Shown piece by piece: positions 19,145 through 26,462 of a DNA stretch of 64,000 bases (position 1 is the stretch's first letter; the number at the start of each line of letters is the position of its first letter). The stretch comes from Minisyncoccia bacterium. GTDB lineage: Bacteria > Patescibacteriota > Minisyncoccia > Phycocordibacterales > UBA918. The notes below the pieces were generated by a model. The model searched no databases, was not told where the DNA came from, and saw only the letters and a program-made list of their open reading frames with translations. A program made the position numbers and the translations under genes. Location: assembly GCA_046293175.1 (NCBI GenBank), contig JBKBPM010000001.1:299446-363445 (forward strand), in the 5' to 3' direction.

Positions 19145-19948
19145 TTATTTACTTGCTTGTTTGATGGCGATAAGCTTTTTGCCGCACGCTTCGCGATACG
19201 GGCAGTATTCGCAGGCGGCACCACTTTCTGGATACATATCAGAGTCAAGGGTGGTTTTGATGGCCTTTAGCGTCTTCCCGATCCAACTAATGTCTCCCAC
19301 GCATGGCACGAGGGTGGTATCGAAGTGTAGCGTGTCAAAGAAACCGTCCTGGTCTTTGTTGGCGTTCGCGTACACAAAGTAACCAGTATCAGAGACGGTG
19401 AAGCCATTTTGACGCAAGAGCCACTGGTAGACACCCATCTGGCGTGCATACTGAGCACTCCAGGATGAATCATCAAGGGTGAGTATCTCTCCGTCTTTTG
19501 AGGTGGCTTTGTAGTCGACCACAATGAGTGTGCCATCAGGTTGCTGCCAGATATCGTCAACGGCACCGGATACAACGAGGCCAGTTTCTTTGTCTGTCCA
19601 TTCAATGCCCGAGAAATTGTCCCGCCAGAGATCTATACTCTCGTGCATAAACGGCACCGCGTCTATGTTGTACTTCTCGGCGATCGGGTGTCTTGTTCCT
19701 GCTACTCGATGAGTGTCAAACTCTTTTTTTAGGAGTTCATCAACCGCGATGTTTAGGTTAAATGATGGCATGCTCGGACGCTTTGTACCGAGCTTGTTAT
19801 CAAGGTAAAAGCAACGTGGACATTCCACAAAAAATTCAATCTTCGAGCGGGATAAGCGCCACTTCGCTCCCCCATAATTCCACTCAGCACTGCGGTTTGG
19901 GTTGTATTTCTTTACGTATTCGGCCATATGATGCTTTGAGTATAGCAC
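19145..19948 (-). CDS. PD-(D/E)xK nuclease with Cas4/RecB-like Fe-S cysteine cluster
   Basis: N-terminal CPRC plus C-terminal CEYCPYREAC (4 Cys) bracket a D-x-K core (VVDYKATSK), as in Cas4/AddB-type nucleases. An alternative ATG at 19927 is more likely given the hairpin at 19954..19976. No CRISPR or cas genes nearby. Confidence 0.65.
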   Translation of the reverse strand: MLYSKHHMAEYVKKYNPNRSAEWNYGGAKWRLSRSKIEFFVECPRCFYLDNKLGTKRPSMPSFNLNIAVDELLKKEFDTHRVAGTRHPIAEKYNIDAVPFMHESIDLWRDNFSGIEWTDKETGLVVSGAVDDIWQQPDGTLIVVDYKATSKDGEILTLDDSSWSAQYARQMGVYQWLLRQNGFTVSDTGYFVYANANKDQDGFFDTLHFDTTLVPCVGDISWIGKTLKAIKTTLDSDMYPESGAACEYCPYREACGKKLIAIKQASK

Positions 19949-19953
19949 AAACA

Positions 19954-19976
19954 GGCGGAACCAAAGGTTCCGCCCG
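19954..19976 (-). terminator. hairpin ggcggaacc aaa ggttccgcc (terminator of the 20120..20653 gene)
   Basis: 9-bp GC-rich stem directly downstream (minus sense) of the stop at 20120. Confidence 0.4.
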
Positions 19977-20119
19977 TTTGTATTCAGGTGCCACTAAGAG
20001 TGGCTAGTCAATGGTCTCAGATTCGAGACGGCAAGGAGAAGAAAGGTGAGGTGTACTTATTGTACATTGAACTTTTCTTCGACGCAGCCAACAAAGAAGA
20101 TGAGGTCAGTGGGTAGTCA

Positions 20120-20653
20120 CTACTCAGCTTTGAAAGTGGTGAATACGGTGTCGAGCTGCTTATCAGATGCAGAGTTGAATGACTTATCGCCACCGTTGGT
20201 GAACATCATCACCGCGTATTCGCGACCAGCTACAGTTGGTGTAACAAGTGGAATGGCTGTGGGTACTACGTTGCCAGCCTTACTAAAGCGAATCACACCG
20301 TTGATGTAGCCAAGCTTACCGTCGTTGTATTCACGAACACCAATCCAACCTTCTTCAATTGGGTATGATACTTCTGCGAGATTTACCATGCGGCCAGCCT
20401 TCTTGTCGTTTATAACTACCTTACCTTCTCCCATTGGAAGTGTGGTAACTGGAGTTTCAGCGGTGGTATCATCAGAATTATTTTCCTCTTCAGTTGAAGT
20501 AGCGGTTGCATCTTCCTTTTTTTCATCCATTGGCTTGTTATCATTGCCTTTATCACCACCCATAAATGCCCATACGAGGAGGCCACCGATGAGGAGTCCA
20601 AAAACAAATGAAACTACGGTCTTCTGAGATTCTTCTTTTTGTACGTCTGTCAT
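20120..20653 (-). CDS. hypothetical membrane-anchored protein
   Basis: Single N-terminal TM (VVSFVFGLLIGGLLVWAF), acidic low-complexity linker, C-terminal globular domain. Confidence 0.5.
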   Translation of the reverse strand: MTDVQKEESQKTVVSFVFGLLIGGLLVWAFMGGDKGNDNKPMDEKKEDATATSTEEENNSDDTTAETPVTTLPMGEGKVVINDKKAGRMVNLAEVSYPIEEGWIGVREYNDGKLGYINGVIRFSKAGNVVPTAIPLVTPTVAGREYAVMMFTNGGDKSFNSASDKQLDTVFTTFKAE

Positions 20654-20731
20654 ATACGATTACACCAATTAATTTAATACTTGCCATTATACCATGGATA
20701 AAAAAGCCCTTGATAGTTGACACTCACCCGT

Positions 20732-21607
20732 TTATTGTGCGCTGGTAGTAGTGTGGTGTGTGAGCGAGGCCGCTTCATTAAGCACGGCAGCTTGCCGTTC
20801 TTGGCTGAGATTGATACTCCGCAGTAGATGCGGCTTTGCGGTTATGTCACTCGTCACAATAATGTCTCGTTCAATTAAACGAGCAATTTGTAGACGATTG
20901 AGAGTCTGTAGTACCGTAATGGGATAAACTTTGGCCCGCTGAATCCGGTCATGGAGATTGTTTTTACGCGGATAGTCCCATGATAAGAGATTAATACCAA
21001 CACACTCACTGTACTTTTCAGCTGTAACGGTAAATTTGGTGTTAGTAATGAGCCAAAACTCCTTAACCCCACAGACATCACCTTGGCAGATCTTTTGGTC
21101 GCGGAGATCAAGGAGTCGTGCATAAGAGTACATAGCGACTTGCAGGTCAGTCTTGATGCCGGGTCTGGCATGAAACTTCGCTTCACCCACAAAGGCATGG
21201 TCTTCTTTATAGGCAGCGATATCGATTTCATGCGGTGCACAGTGGCCTTGCAGTGTGATACCAGTTTCGGTGGTGTAGCCATCGGCAGCAAAAAGTCTTG
21301 CGAGGAATCGTTCAAACGGGAAGCCGGTAGGACCAAGACCTAAAAGGGCACGCCGCAGCGCATACCGGGTCGCCGCAGTAGCACCAATGTTGCGTAGGAG
21401 GTCAAAGGCGATACGGTAAATTTCTTGCGTTCGTATGCCGTTGTAGAGCTGATGCTCAATGCGATTAATAATAGTTACAATTTCTTCAGGAGTTGCGCCG
21501 GCACGTCGAAGTGAACGTCGAAGTTTTTCGACTTTGAAGTACTCCTTGGTGCCATCAGCTTTTTCTACGAGGAACGTCACTACCGCATCATACCACCCCC
21601 GATACAT
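20732..21607 (-). CDS. ATP-cone domain fused to Mrr-like restriction endonuclease domain
   Basis: N-terminal ATP-cone-like (VEKADGTKEYFKVEKLRRSLRRAGATPEEIVTIINRIE...) and Mrr_cat-like core (FERFLARLFAADGY...HEIDIAAYKEDHAFVGEAKFH). Confidence 0.65.
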   Translation of the reverse strand: MYRGWYDAVVTFLVEKADGTKEYFKVEKLRRSLRRAGATPEEIVTIINRIEHQLYNGIRTQEIYRIAFDLLRNIGATAATRYALRRALLGLGPTGFPFERFLARLFAADGYTTETGITLQGHCAPHEIDIAAYKEDHAFVGEAKFHARPGIKTDLQVAMYSYARLLDLRDQKICQGDVCGVKEFWLITNTKFTVTAEKYSECVGINLLSWDYPRKNNLHDRIQRAKVYPITVLQTLNRLQIARLIERDIIVTSDITAKPHLLRSINLSQERQAAVLNEAASLTHHTTTSAQ

Positions 21608-22656
21608 CTTCCCCCCTCATATAGTACACAGGACTGACCGCTTGCTCCTTGTTCGATGGTGGTAGTTGGAGTGAGATCTATCTCATTGTCTCGCACGGCA
21701 GTGATGGTGAGTGGAAATGGTGTTTGACGGTAACGGAATTGTGCTTCGATAGTCTGGCCGACCACAGGCGGAACAGCATCACGCCAGACTAGGTTGGTGA
21801 TGGCGATAGTATCATTAACGCTGATAATAGGGGCTTCGTCACTGACGGTGATGGTGTTTGCACTTACATCTTTCTTTACCACATACTGTGGCTTACTATC
21901 AGCGCTCGTATGATGCAGGGTGAAGCCATGACGCTGACCAAGGGTGTACACAAAAGCTCCCTGATGTTCACCCACTACCTTCCCAGTTGTATCAAGTACA
22001 GGACCAGGGGTAAGGGCGATGTAGTGCGATAGAAATTCTGGAATATCGATATGCCCGAGGAAGCACACTCCTTGACTATCTTTCTTTGCGGCGGTTGGTA
22101 ATCTGGCTACAGCCGCTTCAGCTCGGAGGTTACTTTTCACCGTATTTCCTACCGGAAAGAGGATTTTTTCAAGCTGTTCAGGTTTTAGCGACCAGAGGAA
22201 ATAAGATTGATCCTTCTGAGGATCAATCCCCCGCCAGAGCTCACGTTCCCCTCCCTCCCCCTTCCCTTTTTGTGCATAATGACCAGTTGCGACATAATCG
22301 GCTCCATTTTCGAGGGCGAACTTGAGAAAGGCTCCAAATTTCACCTTTTCATTACAAAGCACATCCGGATTTGGCGTGAGGCCTTGGCGATAGCTTTCGA
22401 TAAAATACTCCGCTACTTCATCACGATAGGCTGCGACCGCATCACAGGTCATAAATGGGATGTCGAGGTGAGCGGCGACGCGCATGGCATCAAGCCTTTC
22501 TTCTTCCCAGTTACAAACGAGCCAATCCGGGTGCCAGACTTTGATAAACACCCCGACGACCTGGTAGCCCTGGTTCTTGAGACGAAGGGCGGCGACAGAT
22601 GAATCTACCCCACCTGATAGTCCAACAAAGACGGTTTTATTTGCTTTTCCAGCCAT
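21580..22656 (-). CDS. mnmA: tRNA-specific 2-thiouridylase
   Basis: PP-loop SGGVDSSVAA and MnmA-like length and motifs. Confidence 0.9.
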   Translation of the reverse strand: MAGKANKTVFVGLSGGVDSSVAALRLKNQGYQVVGVFIKVWHPDWLVCNWEEERLDAMRVAAHLDIPFMTCDAVAAYRDEVAEYFIESYRQGLTPNPDVLCNEKVKFGAFLKFALENGADYVATGHYAQKGKGEGGERELWRGIDPQKDQSYFLWSLKPEQLEKILFPVGNTVKSNLRAEAAVARLPTAAKKDSQGVCFLGHIDIPEFLSHYIALTPGPVLDTTGKVVGEHQGAFVYTLGQRHGFTLHHTSADSKPQYVVKKDVSANTITVSDEAPIISVNDTIAITNLVWRDAVPPVVGQTIEAQFRYRQTPFPLTITAVRDNEIDLTPTTTIEQGASGQSCVLYEGGRCIGGGMMR

Positions 22657-22873
22657 AGATAAGGCTACTATAGCCTAGAAAACGCGAAATGAGAATCAGC
22701 AGGTTGTATGGGACAATGTTAGAACTTTTTTAGTATATATACATGAAAGATCGCCCTGAAGACCAAGGCGGTCAATCAAGGCGGTTTGGCGTCATGATTC
22801 AACAGCTTGTGGGTCAGAGCTACGCTTACGCTCACCTGTCAGTCTGTTGATGCCCATAGTCTCTTTTTATAAG

Positions 22874-23872
22874 TTACTTCAAATAGCGGGCAATATTCCG
22901 CTTATGGTCGTCGTAGGTGGTGGCGTAGTAGAAGACACCATCCTTGCCGGTGATATAGAAGTAATAGTCACTTGGGGTAGGATCAAGAACGGCGCCGATC
23001 GAGGCAGCGCCAGGGTTCCCAATTGGAGTCGGTGGAAGGCCTTTATTGAGGTACGTATTGTACGGAGAATCAATCTTCAAATCTTCCGGCGTAAGTTCCT
23101 CAAGAGGCTTATCAAGCACATATTCGATAGAGGCATCAGCCTGTAGCGGCATACCATCGCGGAGGCGGTTTTGAAGGATACCTGAGACCATTCCCATTGA
23201 TTCAGGGTCATTCGCTTCACGCTCGATAATAGAGGCAAGGATAACTACTTCGGCTTCAGAAAGACCACTGGCGGCAATGGTGCCACGCTTTGGAATCATA
23301 AATTCCTCGTATTTTTCATTGAGCGTTTTGATGACATCATCCGCCGTGAAATGTGGCGGAAAGAAATATGTTTCTGGGAACAGTGTGCCTTCGTATGGCA
23401 GGGCGGCTGCAATGAAATCGGCTTCACTGATGTTTGGTAAGGCGGTGTGCACTGCTGCTGCTAATTCAGTTACTCTCTCCCCTTCACGATGGGTTACGCG
23501 TACGAGATTACTGGTAAAGTCACCAGTAGCAAGCTTATCAGCCACTTCAAAAACATTGTACGGTTTATCAAAGACATACTGACTGGCCTTGATATCCTGC
23601 GGCGAATACTTGGTGAGGATAATTGTGTAGAGTAAGAGCGAAGAGCGAACAACACCACTTTGGTGGAGAGTAGTAACAATCTCACTGATACTTGAACCTT
23701 CTTCAATAGTGATCGGGGTACCAATTGGGAAATTTGCTGGTGCAGGTGCATTACGAACCAAAAAGTAAATGAGTGCAATAGCAACGAGACCGAGTATACA
23801 AAGCAACAGTACGAGGTACTTAACAGCCCGCTTGGGAGAAACCACAGTAAATGGTGATGGTGTTCCTTCCAT
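22874..23872 (-). CDS. mltG: endolytic murein transglycosylase MltG (YceG family)
   Basis: N-terminal TM and YceG-like motifs (ASIIEREAN, PYNTYLNKGLPPTPIGNPG). Confidence 0.85.
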   Translation of the reverse strand: MEGTPSPFTVVSPKRAVKYLVLLLCILGLVAIALIYFLVRNAPAPANFPIGTPITIEEGSSISEIVTTLHQSGVVRSSLLLYTIILTKYSPQDIKASQYVFDKPYNVFEVADKLATGDFTSNLVRVTHREGERVTELAAAVHTALPNISEADFIAAALPYEGTLFPETYFFPPHFTADDVIKTLNEKYEEFMIPKRGTIAASGLSEAEVVILASIIEREANDPESMGMVSGILQNRLRDGMPLQADASIEYVLDKPLEELTPEDLKIDSPYNTYLNKGLPPTPIGNPGAASIGAVLDPTPSDYYFYITGKDGVFYYATTYDDHKRNIARYLK

Positions 23873-23875
23873 AAA

Positions 23876-25207
23876 TTAGATGTCAAAACTACCCGTTGGT
23901 AGATTTGGTGGTGCTTCTTTACGTGTTGATGGAATGCGTGATAATCCTGGAGTCATAACCGTGCTACTTGGAATATGGAACATGGTGGCGAGCTCCTCAA
24001 CTGACATAATCTGCATTGGCATACTCGGTTGTAAGGCGTTGCCGTGGGTCGGCGCACGGTGTTTGTACTTATTAAGTTCACGAATTTTCAGCTTACGCTT
24101 TTTGGCGCCAGACCAGTCAGAGAACCAGTTGTAGTCAAAGTCCGTACGCCACGCTACACCAATTTGGTTACGACCAATCAGATCGTACGCTGAAAATGAA
24201 CGAATGGTTGGGGCAATCATATTACCATCAAAAGCACCTTTTTTGGTGGCATAAATCCAACGAATACCCACTTCATACGCATACTTTCCCATTTGACGCT
24301 CCATGGCTTCGATGGTGGCGCGTTCACCTGGTGTGAGGCGGACTTGTGGTTCACCGGTAGCGTCTTCTTCATGACCACCTTTAGCACGACCCATAAGTTC
24401 ATCAATCTTGGCTTGAATACGCTTTTCCCAGGTGCCGTGTTCATGGAAGTGGCCGGTTTTGAAGGTCTTTTTGGCGTGTGGGATACAAAGGAACTGTATC
24501 CAGATATGCTCGTACGGCTTACAGGTCCCAAGGTGCTCAATCATGGCGGCCATCGGGTCAATTTTAAATTCTTCCTTTGGAAGCTTGTCCATACCCATGT
24601 CAATATAGGTTTTAATTGGGTATTCTTCATCACCCTTTTGTTTCATCCAGAATGCAAAGAGATCATGTTTGTCTAAATCTGGCACCACACAAGCAGTGTA
24701 GTCAATTTCTTCTTCAACAACTTCGACCCCTGGGTATTGCGCATAGAGTTGGGACTCAACGGCATTCTTCACTTTTTTTGTGGGACAGTTGATATACAAA
24801 CGAACATCACCGCCAACCGAGACAATCTCAAGTGACATCACCAAGGGGTGCTTCCCATCGATATAGGTCTGCCAGAGGTTGTCTGGTGACTGTACGTTGT
24901 GGACCTGAGAAAGAACCTGCTCCATGGCTTCAGGAGATTTAAAGACTTCTGAGGGCAGCTTGATACGAAGGGTTGTTCGCCCTTGCTGGTGCATGAACTT
25001 ATGCTTCACGTATTCCATCCACTTTTCGTAGAGAAGCCAGAACAACAAAAATGGCAACCAGATTGGCGTTATTGCAATTATAAGCGACAGTATCGGCTCG
25101 ATATCGACGCCCATGATATTAAACGTGGTGCGCATTACGAGAATACCGATGATAATTAGAATTGGTGCAGCCAAGAATCCAAGCATGGCTTTGAACAAAT
25201 CGGACAT
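23876..25207 (-). CDS. hypothetical membrane protein (2 N-terminal TM plus about 370-aa cytoplasmic domain)
   Basis: 443 aa with no recognisable catalytic motif. 4-nt gap to mltG suggests co-transcription. Confidence 0.6.
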   Translation of the reverse strand: MSDLFKAMLGFLAAPILIIIGILVMRTTFNIMGVDIEPILSLIIAITPIWLPFLLFWLLYEKWMEYVKHKFMHQQGRTTLRIKLPSEVFKSPEAMEQVLSQVHNVQSPDNLWQTYIDGKHPLVMSLEIVSVGGDVRLYINCPTKKVKNAVESQLYAQYPGVEVVEEEIDYTACVVPDLDKHDLFAFWMKQKGDEEYPIKTYIDMGMDKLPKEEFKIDPMAAMIEHLGTCKPYEHIWIQFLCIPHAKKTFKTGHFHEHGTWEKRIQAKIDELMGRAKGGHEEDATGEPQVRLTPGERATIEAMERQMGKYAYEVGIRWIYATKKGAFDGNMIAPTIRSFSAYDLIGRNQIGVAWRTDFDYNWFSDWSGAKKRKLKIRELNKYKHRAPTHGNALQPSMPMQIMSVEELATMFHIPSSTVMTPGLSRIPSTRKEAPPNLPTGSFDI

Positions 25208-25284
25208 AGGTGGGTATATTGTACACTAGAATTAGGTCTAGATTAACAAATTATTCAGGCGTCTTTGGTTTTGCGTTGATAAAC

Positions 25285-25318
25285 AAAAGCGGTCGGGGCC
25301 TAGGCCGCGACCGCTTTT
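25285..25318 (-). terminator. rho-independent terminator (aaaagcggtcg gggcctaggccg cgaccgctttt)
   Basis: Stem plus U-tract immediately downstream of the 25326 stop. Confidence 0.6.
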
Positions 25319-25325
25319 TGTTTGA

Positions 25326-26363
25326 TTAGTCTGCCAAAGTGTACTGTCCGTTACTGAGTCGTTTGAATAGATTGGTGTCTTGGAGGTTTACGATAATCGT
25401 GTTGTCCTTGACGTAACGTTCTTTTCGCACTTTTTCAATCAATTCTTCGCGTGAGAGTGGACCTTCGTTTTCGAGGATATCTCGAAGAACATCCTTCACG
25501 ACACCGGCGGTGTACCCCCACTCAGTGAGTGCATAGAGGCCGCGACCTACAAGTACAAAACGTTCATCCTTGATAAGTTCGTTGTGGGTAGTAGCGACGT
25601 GTGCCTTGTGGTTAAAGAGATCCTGAATCGCCTTTGATACTTCCTTAAAGTGCATCGGTGAGCCGTGACGCTTGACCGCGAGGTACGCGTAGTCGCGGAT
25701 ACCCTTTACACGGACATTTGGACTATCAGCTGGTCCCCAGTCACCGAGTGGATTCTTGGCAATCTGTTTTGAAATCAGTAGCCAACGCTTGAGAGTCTCG
25801 TCATCATGCTTATCTGCGATTTCAATCAACTCATTGCGGAAACGAGAGAGGATTTCACTTTCAGATACAAGGTCGTCACGATTGAGAGTGCTATGAACAT
25901 TTTTGAGAGCTTTTTCAACCATATCAGCCACCTTCTTTTCGGTGAACCAACGGTGGTGGTAGAGAGGGTTTTCTTTGCCTTTGTAGAAGGCGTCGCCAAC
26001 AACAAGGAGAAAGTAGAGGTGATTGCGGGTAGATTCGTCCTTTGTGAGACTCTCGAGGAGGACGTTCTCTGCCACGACACCACCACCAAGAAGACGGATG
26101 GCTTCCTGGAGTTCGGCGAGGAGTTCAGCGTGTTCGGAATAAACCGCTGACTTCTGGATAGTTGAAATACCGTAGTTTTCAATCTGACGCACACGCTCGC
26201 GGGTAATACCATAGGTCTGACCGATTGCTTCAAGCGTAAAAGTCTCACCATCGTTGCCGAGGCCATAGCGCTTTTCAAGGACATCACGAGCACGTTCGCC
26301 AATGGCGCTAAGGAGCTTTTTGGTGACCTGTTTTGGTTTAAACGTAATCATATTTCCGCACAA
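25326..26363 (-). CDS. sigma-70 region-4 HTH domain protein (N-terminal HTH, C-terminal domain unknown)
   Basis: TLEAIGQTYGITRERVRQIE is a sigma-70 region 4.2 signature. The rest (about 270 aa) is unassigned. Confidence 0.55.
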   Translation of the reverse strand: MCGNMITFKPKQVTKKLLSAIGERARDVLEKRYGLGNDGETFTLEAIGQTYGITRERVRQIENYGISTIQKSAVYSEHAELLAELQEAIRLLGGGVVAENVLLESLTKDESTRNHLYFLLVVGDAFYKGKENPLYHHRWFTEKKVADMVEKALKNVHSTLNRDDLVSESEILSRFRNELIEIADKHDDETLKRWLLISKQIAKNPLGDWGPADSPNVRVKGIRDYAYLAVKRHGSPMHFKEVSKAIQDLFNHKAHVATTHNELIKDERFVLVGRGLYALTEWGYTAGVVKDVLRDILENEGPLSREELIEKVRKERYVKDNTIIVNLQDTNLFKRLSNGQYTLAD

Positions 26364-26462
26364 ATAATCTATTTTTTAATTGAGTTGACCACCCTCTCGT
26401 GTAGTCGTCGTCCTCCGTTATATCATGCTATTTGACAAACGTCAAACACCATCGTAAAGCCC

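Noticed and set aside
22657-22873. Tandem CAAGGCGGT-N4-CAAGGCGGT and the aggctactatagcct palindrome in the mnmA-mltG spacer as a regulatory site
   Set aside because: Too short and unsupported to call. Could be chance.
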